Shown here piece after piece: positions 22,659 to 33,611 of a stretch of 64,000 bases of DNA. Location: the NCBI GenBank assembly GCA_963843845.1, contig CAWJMB010000006.1, positions 1-64,000 on the forward strand. Reading direction: 5' to 3'. The position numbers were made by a program, and so were the translations under genes. Every line of letters starts with the position of its first letter. The stretch's first letter is position 1. Origin of the DNA: an uncultured Gemmatimonadaceae bacterium (GTDB taxonomy: Bacteria; Gemmatimonadota; Gemmatimonadetes; Gemmatimonadales; Gemmatimonadaceae). Below the pieces are notes generated by a model. The model ran no database searches. It worked only from the letters and a program-made list of their open reading frames with translations, and was not told the DNA's origin.

Positions 22659-24113
22659 TCAGGGAAGCGGCCCCGCCCCGAAACGCCCGAGCACCTTCGA
22701 CGCGACGCACCGGCCGAGCTTTCCGCCTTCCACGTTCGCCGACGGGTAGTGAATGCCCCCGTAGATGCGCGACTGCCCCGCCTCGTCCGCCGCCGCGTGG
22801 AACGACGCGAACGCGCGCACCGGGTGACCGATCGAGATGACCGTGCTGTCGGTGAACGGCACGGCGCCCAACAGTCCGGTCAGCGTGCCCGCCGCCGCCG
22901 CCGACACGGTCGAGTGCCCCGACAGGTACTCGGGGAAGGGCGGTGTCGCGATCGCCGGCTCCCACGTCGAGTCGATCGTCGCGCGAATGAACGGGCGCGG
23001 GCGCACCACGTTGAGCGTGAACTTGTAGCCCCATGCCGCGATGAACGCGTCGGCGAGCGCGACGCCCGTCTCCGCGAGGAGCCACGCCGCCTGCTCGCCG
23101 GTGAGGCGCCGCTCGCTCACCATCTGACTCGCGATCGACAGCCAGTGGCCGGCCGGCGTCCCCGTCTCGCCGCCGTTGTCCGCCCAGTAGAGCACGATGC
23201 GGCGCTGCTCGGGCGTGAGGCGCTTGCTCACTTCGTAGACGGCGCGCGCCTCCTCGTAACGCGGCGTGCCGGCCGTCGTGCCGTAGGCGGGCGCCGGCGG
23301 AACGGGGCATTCGTTCCACGCGGCGAGCGCGAACGGCCGATGGTGCCCCCAGTACGGCTCGGTGACGCCCGCCATGTTCACGGCAGGCAGCGTCGTCGTC
23401 CCGGCCCGCTTCTGTCGATCGAGAATGAGCCCGCGGTCGCCGACCGCGCCCGGCGTGATCGCGTTCGTCGGGTTCGTCGGCACGATGAGCTGCGTGGCGC
23501 CGGAGAGGCTCTGCGCCGCGTAGCTGTCGATCGGTGCATCGTTCACCCACAGCCCGGGCCCGACCGGCGGCACGTACCTGCGCCCGCGCGTCGAGTCGAA
23601 GCCGTCGCCGTGCGACCAGGCGACGATCGCGAGCCCGGTCCGCCGGCCCAACGCGTCCGACCGGTCGCGCACCGCGCGGTCCACCCCCGTGGCGAGGCGC
23701 GCCGCGACGAGCGAGTCGGCGAGGCGTCGCAGCGACGAGCGCGTCGTCGGCAGCCCGTCGCGGAACAGTGAGTCGAGGATCGTGCGCTCCGCCGCGAGCG
23801 CGCTCAGCGTCGCATCGTAGCGCGCGCCCGCGTCGCCACGCGGCAGCGCGTCCAGTCCGTTCAGGCGCCCCGCGAGCGACGGCAGCGACGGCTCCGCGGC
23901 GGCGAGCCCGGCGTACAGGCCGGTGGTCGCGTACGCGAACAGGCGCGACGCGACCGGCGGCGACAGCCGCTCCGCCCGCACGGCGCCGTAGAGCGTCTGC
24001 ATCCAGAGTGCTACCATGCGCGGGTCGGTCGCCGGCGCGCGGTCGCACGCCGAGGCGGCGGCGAGGCAAGAGAGCGCGAGGGCGCGCGACCGGCGCGAAC
24101 GGATGATCGGCAT
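22659..24113 (-). CDS. Vanadium-dependent haloperoxidase / PAP2-like lipoprotein
   Basis: Lipobox [33 protein letters not shown] active-site motifs. Confidence 0.85.
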   Translation of the reverse strand: MPIIRSRRSRALALSCLAAASACDRAPATDPRMVALWMQTLYGAVRAERLSPPVASRLFAYATTGLYAGLAAAEPSLPSLAGRLNGLDALPRGDAGARYDATLSALAAERTILDSLFRDGLPTTRSSLRRLADSLVAARLATGVDRAVRDRSDALGRRTGLAIVAWSHGDGFDSTRGRRYVPPVGPGLWVNDAPIDSYAAQSLSGATQLIVPTNPTNAITPGAVGDRGLILDRQKRAGTTTLPAVNMAGVTEPYWGHHRPFALAAWNECPVPPAPAYGTTAGTPRYEEARAVYEVSKRLTPEQRRIVLYWADNGGETGTPAGHWLSIASQMVSERRLTGEQAAWLLAETGVALADAFIAAWGYKFTLNVVRPRPFIRATIDSTWEPAIATPPFPEYLSGHSTVSAAAAGTLTGLLGAVPFTDSTVISIGHPVRAFASFHAAADEAGQSRIYGGIHYPSANVEGGKLGRCVASKVLGRFGAGPLP

Positions 24114-24202
24114 ACGCGAGCGAGCGGCGGGGTACAGGGGGACGTGAATTCTACGCGAGGGCTGACGGCCGCGTTCGCCGGGGCGCCGCCACGGGCGGCG
24201 CC

Positions 24203-25804
<1,602 letters not shown>

Positions 25805-25861
25805 TCGCGGAGCGCTCGATAGACTGCACGACGTCGCACTCCCTCCTTCGCAGACCCCGCC

Positions 25862-26371
25862 ATGCAGACCTTCACGCGCACGTTCGCCGCCGCCAGGCTC
25901 ACTGCCACGCTCGCCGCCACGCTCCTCGTCGCCGCGGGCACCGCCAGCGCCGCGCACGCACAGACGACCCCCGATCTCACCGGCACCTGGGAGCTGAACA
26001 CCGCGAAGAGCGACTTCGGCCCGATGCCCGCGCCGAGCAAGGTCACGATGGTCGTCACGCAGAGCGCGACGTCGATCAAGCTCGTGCAGGCGATCGCCAC
26101 GCCGGCGGGCGAGCAGAGCAACACGCAGGAGTTCTCCCTCGACGGCCAGGCGAAGACCAGCAACGGCGTGGACGGTCAGCCGATCACGAGCGTCGGGAAG
26201 ATCGACAGCGGGATGGTGGTCATCGACGTCAAGGCCAACCGCCAGGGGATGGACATCACGCAGGCGCTGCGCTTCTCGGTCGCGCCCGACGGGCGCACGC
26301 TGACGCTGAATCAGGACGTCGCGTCGTCGATGGGCGGGGCGAGGCTCAAGATGGTGTTCGACAGGAAGTGA
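25862..26371 (+). CDS. Secreted beta-barrel (lipocalin-like) hypothetical protein
   Basis: Signal peptide AHA-Q; DLTGTWELNTAKSDFG; DGRTLT; MVFDRK. Confidence 0.7.
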   Translation: MQTFTRTFAAARLTATLAATLLVAAGTASAAHAQTTPDLTGTWELNTAKSDFGPMPAPSKVTMVVTQSATSIKLVQAIATPAGEQSNTQEFSLDGQAKTSNGVDGQPITSVGKIDSGMVVIDVKANRQGMDITQALRFSVAPDGRTLTLNQDVASSMGGARLKMVFDRK

Positions 26372-26381
26372 CGCGGCAGTC

Positions 26382-27059
26382 TCATCGCTTCCTCGACTCC
26401 CGCACGATCTCGGCGACCTTGACGTAGTCGAGCTTCGGGAAGCTTCGCTCGAGGTACGGATTCCCCTCGGCCGCGATGCGGTCCTGGTCGGGGCCCTTTC
26501 CCTGCGGCGGCCCCTCGCCGTAGGCGGAGTACAGCGAGTCGACGGCGCGCATCCCGTTCGTGACGCGCCCGATCGGCGTGAAGCCGAGGCGGTCCAGCCG
26601 GGCATTGTTCCCCGTGCTGATGAACAGTTGCACCGTGCGCGTGTTCGGCCCTTCCGTCGCGAAGGCGACCGTGCCGCGCACGTTGCTCTGCTTCACCGGG
26701 TCGTCCGCAATGCGCCGTGCGTCCCACACCTTCGTGACGCGCGGGTCGCCGCTCGCGCCGAACTGCGCGACGAATCCCGGGAGCACGCGGAAGAAGCGCG
26801 ACCCGTTGTAGAAGCCGCTCCGCACGAGGAAGTACAGGCGGTCGGCGCCGCGCGGCGACCAGGCGCGAATCACCTGCACGTCGACCGCGCCGCGCGTCGT
26901 CGACAGCCGCACGACGAACGTGTCGGGCGCCACGACCCGCTCGGCGCGCGGGTCGGGCTGCAGCAGCGGCGAGCGGCCGGCGCAGGCGGCGGCGACCGCG
27001 AGCGTGCCGACGGCCGTGAACACGACCGCGGCGCGGGCGGCGAGAGAGAGTGAGCGCAT
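26382..27059 (-). CDS. Cyclophilin-type peptidyl-prolyl cis-trans isomerase (lipoprotein)
   Basis: FYNGSRFFRVLPGFVAQFG, GPNTRTVQLFI, GFTPIGRV. Confidence 0.9.
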   Translation of the reverse strand: MRSLSLAARAAVVFTAVGTLAVAAACAGRSPLLQPDPRAERVVAPDTFVVRLSTTRGAVDVQVIRAWSPRGADRLYFLVRSGFYNGSRFFRVLPGFVAQFGASGDPRVTKVWDARRIADDPVKQSNVRGTVAFATEGPNTRTVQLFISTGNNARLDRLGFTPIGRVTNGMRAVDSLYSAYGEGPPQGKGPDQDRIAAEGNPYLERSFPKLDYVKVAEIVRESRKR

Positions 27060-27169
27060 GGGGGAAATCTACCCGTTCGCCACCTGCACCGGCGGGAACA
27101 CGCAGAGCTTCGGCGGGTCGTTCGTTCCAGTGGTACTATGTCATTCGGAACGCGTCGACAGGAGGGATC

Positions 27170-29092
27170 GTGATCGGTCGGGGGGACGGAAACTTGAGCG
27201 GCAAGGCAGAGCGGCCGATGCGCGGCACCGGCATGCGCGCGTCGGCGGACGAGCTGAAAGGGGGGGGCGCCGCCGGCGCGAAGAAGAAGGTCAACACGGA
27301 AGCGGCGTGGCGCGAGGCGCGGAAGCTGATGGCGCAGCACCGCCGCTCGCTCTCGATCGGTCTCGGGCTCATGCTCGTCAGCCGCATCGCCGGACTCGTG
27401 CTGCCCGGCTCGACGAAGTGGCTCATCGACGACGTCATCGGGAAGCAGCGCCACGACCTGCTCTGGCCGATCGCCATCGCCGTCGCCGCCGCGACGGTCG
27501 TGCAGGCGATCACCGGCTACGCGCTGTCGCAGGTCATCTCGGTCGCCGCGCAGAAGGCGATCAGCGACATGCGCCGCCGCGTGCTGAACCGCGTCACGCG
27601 GCTCCCCGTGCGCTTCTTCGACGAGCACCAGACCGGGGTGCTCATCTCGCGCGTCATGACCGACGCCGAGGGGATCCGCAACCTCGTCGGCACGGGGATC
27701 GTGCAGCTCGTCGGCGGCGTCGTCACCGCGGTCCTCGCCCTCGGCATCCTGTTCTACCTGAACTGGGTGATGACGCTCGTCATCCTCGTGCTGCTCGCCG
27801 CGTTCGGCGTCGGCATGACGCGCGCGTTCAACACGCTGCGCCCGATCTTCCGCGAGCGCGGCAAGATCAACGCGGAGATCACGGGGCGGCTGAACGAGAC
27901 GCTGAACGGTATCCGCGTCGTCAAGGCGTACGGCACCGAGCGGCGCGAGCAGGTCGTGTTCGCCAAGGGGGTGCACCGCCTGTTCCGCAACATCGCGAGC
28001 TCGATCACCGGCGTCTCGATCACGACGTCGGCGTCGACGGTCGTCGTCGGGCTCGTCGGCTTCGTGATCTTCGCCGTCGGCGGCCCCGCCGTCATCCGCG
28101 GCGCCATGACGCTCGGCGACCTCCTCTCGTACACGGCGTTCGTCGGCATCCTCTCGGCGCCGGTCGTCTCGATCGCGTCGATCGGCACGCAGATCTCGGA
28201 GGCGATCGCCGGCCTCGACCGCATCCGCGAGATCCTCGAGCTGCCGACCGAGATCGACGAGGACGAGCGGCGCAGCGCCGTGCCGAGCGTGCGCGGCGAC
28301 GTCGCGTTCGACCACGTCTGGTTCGAGTACCGCGAGGGGCAGCCGGTCATCCGCGACGTCACGTTCGCGGCGCCGAGCGGCTCGACGACGGCGCTCGTCG
28401 GGTCGAGCGGCTCGGGGAAGAGCACGCTCGTCTCGCTCGTCATGGCGTTCAACCGCCCCACCCGCGGGCGCGTGCTGATCGACGGCCGGGACCTCGGCGA
28501 CCTCCGCCTCACCGACTACCGAGCGAACCTCGGCGTCGTGCTGCAGGACAACTTCCTGTTCGACGGCACGGTGGCCGAGAACATCGCGTTCTCGCGGCCG
28601 AGCGCGATGCGGTCGGAGGTCGAGTCGGTCGCGCGCCTCGCGAACTGCGACGAGTTCGTGCGCGGATTCCCCGACGGCTACGACACGATCGTCGGCGAGC
28701 GCGGCGTGCGGCTGTCCGGCGGGCAGCGGCAGCGCATCGCCATCGCCCGCGCGCTGCTCGCCGACCCGCGCATCCTCATCCTCGACGAGGCGACGTCGAG
28801 CCTCGACTCGGAGAGCGAGGCGCTGATCCAGGACGCGTTGAACCGCCTGCGCGGCGGCCGCACGACGTTCGTCATCGCGCACCGGCTCTCGACGATCCGC
28901 AGCGCCGACCAGATCCTCGTGCTCGAGCACGGCGAGATCGTCGAGCGCGGGTCGCACGACGAGCTGATGGCGCTCGGCGGGCGGTACCGGACGCTGCACG
29001 ACCGGCAGTACCAGTGGGAGCAGAACCGGTTCATCAACCCGGGTGAAGAGCTGACGACGGCGGGACCGGCCGCGATGCCTGCCGCGCGCTGA
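27170..29092 (+). CDS. ABC exporter, fused permease/ATPase (MsbA-like)
   Basis: TM domain, GSSGSGKST, LSGGQRQR, ILDEATSSLD, IAHRLST. Confidence 0.92.
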   Translation: MIGRGDGNLSGKAERPMRGTGMRASADELKGGGAAGAKKKVNTEAAWREARKLMAQHRRSLSIGLGLMLVSRIAGLVLPGSTKWLIDDVIGKQRHDLLWPIAIAVAAATVVQAITGYALSQVISVAAQKAISDMRRRVLNRVTRLPVRFFDEHQTGVLISRVMTDAEGIRNLVGTGIVQLVGGVVTAVLALGILFYLNWVMTLVILVLLAAFGVGMTRAFNTLRPIFRERGKINAEITGRLNETLNGIRVVKAYGTERREQVVFAKGVHRLFRNIASSITGVSITTSASTVVVGLVGFVIFAVGGPAVIRGAMTLGDLLSYTAFVGILSAPVVSIASIGTQISEAIAGLDRIREILELPTEIDEDERRSAVPSVRGDVAFDHVWFEYREGQPVIRDVTFAAPSGSTTALVGSSGSGKSTLVSLVMAFNRPTRGRVLIDGRDLGDLRLTDYRANLGVVLQDNFLFDGTVAENIAFSRPSAMRSEVESVARLANCDEFVRGFPDGYDTIVGERGVRLSGGQRQRIAIARALLADPRILILDEATSSLDSESEALIQDALNRLRGGRTTFVIAHRLSTIRSADQILVLEHGEIVERGSHDELMALGGRYRTLHDRQYQWEQNRFINPGEELTTAGPAAMPAAR

Positions 29093-29138
29093 CGGCGCCG
29101 TTCCGCTACCGACGTCAGCGGGTGAGAGGCGTCGCCCT

Positions 29139-29525
29139 TCAGCGCGACCCGACGTGAAACGTCGTTCCGTCCGGATCCCTGAACATCAGCGACGCCCCCC
29201 ACTCCATCTTCTGCGGCGGGCCCAACACCTCGACGCCGCGCTCGACGAGCCGCGCGTACGTCGCGTCGATGTCGTCGCTCCAGAAGCTGACGTTCGTGAA
29301 GCCGCCGATCCGGTCCTCGTGCCCGGTCGGTGTGAACAGCACGAGCCGCGTCTCGGCGCCGGGGATGCGCAGCTCGATCCACCGCTGCGTCGCGTCGAAC
29401 GGCTGGTCCGTCGCGATGGCGAAGCCGACCTGCTCGGTCCAGAACGCGAGCGCGCGGTCCTGATCGCGCGTCGGGACGCTGACGAACTTGATGCCGCGGA
29501 CGGCGGCGTCGGTGGGGGCGGGCAT
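29139..29525 (-). CDS. VOC/glyoxalase family protein
   Basis: DQDRALAFWTEQVGF, RWIEL, DDIDATYARLVERGV, FRDPDG. Confidence 0.88.
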   Translation of the reverse strand: MPAPTDAAVRGIKFVSVPTRDQDRALAFWTEQVGFAIATDQPFDATQRWIELRIPGAETRLVLFTPTGHEDRIGGFTNVSFWSDDIDATYARLVERGVEVLGPPQKMEWGASLMFRDPDGTTFHVGSR

Positions 29526-29613
29526 GGTGCGAGTCGGGTGAGAGGAGCGCGCAATCTTCGCCGCCCCGCCGCGCACGTCCAGTCGCGCAGCGGATACTAT
29601 GGCATTGTGTGCC

Positions 29614-29630
29614 GTGGCACCGAGTGCCAC
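29614..29630. promoter_or_regulatory. Inverted repeat, candidate operator between divergent VOC and HTH genes
   Basis: GTGGCAC-CGA-GTGCCAC, with a TACTAT -10-like hexamer just upstream. Confidence 0.45.
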
Positions 29631-29639
29631 TGTTCGCGC

Positions 29640-30014
29640 ATGCCTCGCGCGCCCGACGCCCCCCATGCCCCCCATGCCCCCGACCGGCTCGTCCTCGACG
29701 CGTACGTCGTCGACACGCTCCTCCCCGACCTCGTCGGCCACGACCGCACGCCGGCGACGTTCGTCGTCTACCTCGTGCTCTGGCGCCATACGGACGGCGG
29801 CGCCGCGCCGGCCGCCCTGAGCCTCGCCGCGCTCGCCGACGCGACGGGACTGTCGAAGCGCGCCGTGCAGAACGCCGTCTCGCTGCTGCTCCGCCGCCGC
29901 CTCGTCGCGCTCGTGCGCGCCACGCCGACGAGCGTTCCCGAGTACACGGTCCTCCGCCCCTGGGCCGGCCGCACGCGCGCCGCGCGCCGCGAGCGCGACG
30001 CCGCCGCACGGTGA
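29640..30014 (+). CDS. Small winged-helix DNA-binding protein
   Basis: SLAALADATGLSKRAVQNAVSLL HTH. Confidence 0.75.
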   Translation: MPRAPDAPHAPHAPDRLVLDAYVVDTLLPDLVGHDRTPATFVVYLVLWRHTDGGAAPAALSLAALADATGLSKRAVQNAVSLLLRRRLVALVRATPTSVPEYTVLRPWAGRTRAARRERDAAAR

Positions 30015-30100
30015 CGACGTCGTACCGAGTCCGGCGGGGAAGCGACTAGATTGCCTCGCCCGCACGTCACCACGGTCCACGTTTCACCGCGTCCAATTCG

Positions 30101-30508
30101 ATGCACGTTCAGTACGTCGCCGTCTGCGACCACGTTCTCGTCGGGGCCGACGGCAAGCCGTCGATCATCGGCGTCTTCAGCGACATCCAGGCCCCGCAGG
30201 TCCCGATCACCCTGCCGCGGCTCGCCTTCGTCGCGCGGCTGCTGTTCACGGCCGACGAGGCGGGGAAGACGTACCGGGTCGAGGTCGTCATCACCGACCC
30301 GAAGGGGAACGAGCTCGCCCGCCCGGGGGGCGAGATCAGCGTGCCCCAGGCGCCGATCGGGATCGACTCGCTCGCCGCGGACCTGCCGATGATGTTCGAC
30401 ATGTTCGGCATCCCGGACTACGGGCGGTACACGTTCATGCTCACCGTCGACGGGAAGCCGACGGCGGGCGTGCAGATCGCGGTGCGCCAGGCCCCGGCGC
30501 TCCAGTAA
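30101..30508 (+). CDS. Hypothetical protein (DUF6941-like)
   Basis: VCDHV...DGKPSIIGVF..GRYTFMLTVDG; strong codon bias. Confidence 0.7.
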   Translation: MHVQYVAVCDHVLVGADGKPSIIGVFSDIQAPQVPITLPRLAFVARLLFTADEAGKTYRVEVVITDPKGNELARPGGEISVPQAPIGIDSLAADLPMMFDMFGIPDYGRYTFMLTVDGKPTAGVQIAVRQAPALQ

Positions 30509-30522
30509 GTCCAGTAGCTCCG

Positions 30523-31029
30523 CTACCTCCGGGCGGGGGGCTCCTCTCCCCCACCGCCGCGGAGCCGCTCCGCCTCGCGCGCGACGGCTCCGCGGATCGC
30601 TTCCGCGACGAGCGCCCCCGGGAGCCCGACGACGACTGCGGGGTGCAGCGCCTCCCGCTCCTCGTCCGGAATCAGCCGCTCGACACGGGCCCAGTCGCGC
30701 GCCGTGACGATCGGGACCGCCTCGAGCAGCGCGGCGCGCTCGAGCAGGCGCCGCAGCAGACGCACCGCGGCGGCGAGTCGCGCGGTGTCCGCCGTGACCG
30801 CCGCGCGACTCTGCGGCTCCGGCTCGCTCGCCGGCCGGCGGCCGGCGGGACCCATCCGCAGCGTGCCGCGCGCGTCGACCACGTAGGCGAGCGTCGCCGC
30901 GTCGTCTGGGAGCTCGTCCGAGAGACGACGCGCGCCGTCGGGTGTGTCGCACACCGCGAACACCGGCCGGCCGAGGCGGCGGGCGACGGCACGGGCGACC
31001 GCGAGCTCGGGGGCCGGAATCTCGTTCAC
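30523..31029 (-). CDS. Hypothetical protein
   Basis: 168-aa ORF with coding-like composition. Confidence 0.5.
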   Translation of the reverse strand: MNEIPAPELAVARAVARRLGRPVFAVCDTPDGARRLSDELPDDAATLAYVVDARGTLRMGPAGRRPASEPEPQSRAAVTADTARLAAAVRLLRRLLERAALLEAVPIVTARDWARVERLIPDEEREALHPAVVVGLPGALVAEAIRGAVAREAERLRGGGGEEPPARR

Positions 31030-31030
31030 A

Positions 31031-31082
31031 CGTCGCTCGGTCGTCGCTCGGTCGTCGCTCGGTCGTCGCTCGGTCGTCGCTC
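31031..31082. repeat. 11-bp tandem repeat (CGTCGCTCGGT) x4.7
   Basis: Perfect tandem copies in intergenic gap. Confidence 0.9.
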
Positions 31083-31094
31083 ACTCCTGCCGCG

Positions 31095-32360
31095 TCACGG
31101 ACGTGCCGTGAGCGTCATGATGGGTCCGTCGTACCCGAACGTCGCCCGCGCGCTCGTCTCGAGCGCGGCGACCGCCTCGCGCGCGGAGGCGAGCGGCGCC
31201 TGCACCGTCACCGGCCGCGCGAGCAGCGCCGCGTCCGTGACCCTGAGCTGCAGCCCGTACGACCGCATCAGCATCGGCAGGACCTCGCGCAGCGAGCGGT
31301 TCGTCACGACGAAGCGGTTGTCCGCCCACGCGAGCGCCTCGCCGGCGTCGGCCGCGCCTAACGGCGCCAGCGTGCCGTCGTTCGAGACCGTCACCGCCTG
31401 GCCGGCGCGCACGGTCTGCGTGGAGCCCGTCGTGAGCGACGCGACCCGCGCCTCGCCGGTGCGCACGCGAACGGTCGCGACGGCGTCGTTCGGGTAGTGG
31501 CGGATGTCGAGCGTGCCGGCCGCGGCGGTGACCGACGCGTCGCCGGCGCGCACGGTGAGCGGGCGGGTGCCGTTCGGCGAGACGTCGATCGACGCCGCGC
31601 CGTCGACGCTCACGGCACGCAGCGCGCGGTCGCCGGTCCCGAAGCTCGGCGGGACGCGCATCCGGGTGTCGGCGGCGAGCTGCACGGTGCTCGCGTCGGC
31701 GAGCGACGCGCCCGCGCTCTGCCCGGCGATCGTGCTGACCGTGCGTCCGGTCGGCGCGGCGAGTGCGGTCGTGACGACGGTGTCGGCGCTCGTGCGATCG
31801 AGCCAGCGCATCCCGCCGAACACCGCCGCGGCGAGCACGACGGCGACGAGCGTCGGGAGCTGCCACGCCGGGCGCGCCGCGAGCGCCGCGACGTGCGTCG
31901 CCGCACCGTGGCGCGCGGCATCGCTCACCTCGTGCTGCGCCTGCGTGGAGTGCGTGACCGGCGCCGTCTGCGGCGCGTGCAGCGCCGTCGCGACGTGCGC
32001 CCACGCCTCGTCGAGCGAGACCGGCGCCGCGGCCGCGTGGGCCGCAGCGTGCGAGCGGTCGGCGCCGGCGAACTGGTGGGCTGCGGTGCGGCGACTCTGC
32101 TCGCGCGCGGCGCCGCTCTTCACGGCGTCGAACAGAAACGACTCGAGCGCTTCCGACGAGTCGATCCTGTCGCGGGCGCTCCAGGCGCGGACGAATGCCC
32201 CCTCCACGATCTTCGGCGAACCGCTGTCGTCGCCGAGCGCCGCGGTCGCCTGCCTGGTGAGCGGCGCGAAGCGTGAGCGGAAGAGCGACTCGAGCGCGTG
32301 CTCGTCGCCGTGCTGGAACGCGCGGAGCACGTCGAGGTCGATCGGCTGCGTGGCCGTCAT
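31095..32360 (-). CDS. FecR-domain membrane protein with N-terminal degenerate sigma region 2
   Basis: GDEHALESLF..IVEGAFVRAW..LESFLF, TM, STIAGQ..LADASTVQLAADT, LAWADNRFV; GGAGG RBS. Confidence 0.8.
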   Translation of the reverse strand: MTATQPIDLDVLRAFQHGDEHALESLFRSRFAPLTRQATAALGDDSGSPKIVEGAFVRAWSARDRIDSSEALESFLFDAVKSGAAREQSRRTAAHQFAGADRSHAAAHAAAAPVSLDEAWAHVATALHAPQTAPVTHSTQAQHEVSDAARHGAATHVAALAARPAWQLPTLVAVVLAAAVFGGMRWLDRTSADTVVTTALAAPTGRTVSTIAGQSAGASLADASTVQLAADTRMRVPPSFGTGDRALRAVSVDGAASIDVSPNGTRPLTVRAGDASVTAAAGTLDIRHYPNDAVATVRVRTGEARVASLTTGSTQTVRAGQAVTVSNDGTLAPLGAADAGEALAWADNRFVVTNRSLREVLPMLMRSYGLQLRVTDAALLARPVTVQAPLASAREAVAALETSARATFGYDGPIMTLTARP

Positions 32361-32424
32361 GCATACCTCCAGTTGTCGGGGTCGTTGCCCCGCGTGCGGT
32401 GCATGCACGTTATATGCTCCCTCG

Positions 32425-33186
32425 ATGCCCCGCGCACCCGTCAGCCTCGCCCGCGCCCTCTCGAAGCTGGGCCGCTACTCGCGCCGAGAGGCGGAGGCGG
32501 TCGTCCGCGCGGGACGGGTGCGCGTCGACGGCGTCGTGCGGCGCGAGCCGTCGTTCCGCCTCGACCTCGCCCGGGCGGCGATCCGCGTCGACGACGCGCC
32601 GGTCGAGCGGGCGACGCCCGTCTACCTCGCGCTGAACAAGCCGCGCGGCCTCGTCACGACGCGCGACGACCCGCGCGGCCGCCCGACCGTCTACGACTGC
32701 TTCGGCGACGCGTCGCTCCCGCTCGTGGGGCCGGTCGGTCGGCTCGATCGGGCGAGCGAAGGGCTGCTGCTGTTCACGAACGACACGCAGTGGGGCGCGC
32801 GACTCACGGATCCGGCGACGCACGTCGACAAGGTCTATCACGTCCAGATCGACCGCGTCCCCGACGCGGCGCTGCTCGCCGCGCTCGAGTCGGGGGTCGA
32901 CGACGACGGCGAGCGGCTCGCGGTGAAGCGCGCGCACGCGCTGCGCGCCGGCGCGCGCACCGGCTGGCTCGAGCTCGTGCTCGACGAGGGGCGCAACCGC
33001 CACCTCCGCCGACTGCTCGGCGCCCTCGGCGTCGAGGTGCGGCGGCTCGTGCGCACCGCGATCGGGCCGCTCGCGTTAGGCCCCCTCGCGAAGGGCGCCT
33101 GGCGTCATCTCACGCCGGCCGAAGTGCGCGCGGTGCGCGACGCCGCGGTCCGCCCCCCCGCTCACGACGTCTCGGCCGCCGAGTAG
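32425..33186 (+). CDS. rRNA pseudouridine synthase (RsuA/RluB family)
   Basis: S4 domain SRREAE..GRVRVDG, LNKPRG, VGRLDRASEGLLLFTND, EGRNRHLRR. Confidence 0.9.
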   Translation: MPRAPVSLARALSKLGRYSRREAEAVVRAGRVRVDGVVRREPSFRLDLARAAIRVDDAPVERATPVYLALNKPRGLVTTRDDPRGRPTVYDCFGDASLPLVGPVGRLDRASEGLLLFTNDTQWGARLTDPATHVDKVYHVQIDRVPDAALLAALESGVDDDGERLAVKRAHALRAGARTGWLELVLDEGRNRHLRRLLGALGVEVRRLVRTAIGPLALGPLAKGAWRHLTPAEVRAVRDAAVRPPAHDVSAAE

Positions 33187-33491
33187 AGCGAGCGGGAGAG
33201 GAGGAGCGAGAGGTGGCCGTTCGCGTCCCGCTCGACCGCGTCGAGGTCGAGCCGCGCGGGGCCGGTGTTCGTGTCGGTCGCGAACAGATAGGCCGCGTAG
33301 TCGAGCACGTCGTCGCGCGGGCCGGCGAGACGCGTGTAGGCGAGGTACGCGCTGCGCGCGTGCGGCGCGCTGACCGTGATCTGCGCGATCGCCTCGGGAC
33401 GCGGCGTGCGTGCGTCGATGAGCGCGCGCACGGTCTCGATCGGCGCGGGCGCGGGTCTCTCGTGCGGCGTCTCGGAGCGGCGGTGCGGCAT
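33162..33491 (-). CDS. Hypothetical protein
   Basis: ~109-aa ORF with GC3 bias. Confidence 0.5.
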   Translation of the reverse strand: MPHRRSETPHERPAPAPIETVRALIDARTPRPEAIAQITVSAPHARSAYLAYTRLAGPRDDVLDYAAYLFATDTNTGPARLDLDAVERDANGHLSLLLSRSLYSAAETS

Positions 33492-33611
33492 GGCAGGCGC
33501 GAAGGCGGGTGGGACGGGGAATGACAGAAGGTGGCGGGCCGCTCGACCCGACGCCACGCCCGCGGGTAGAATCCTGCGCCCGCCATTTTCCTCGCCCTGA
33601 GTGGAGTTCGC

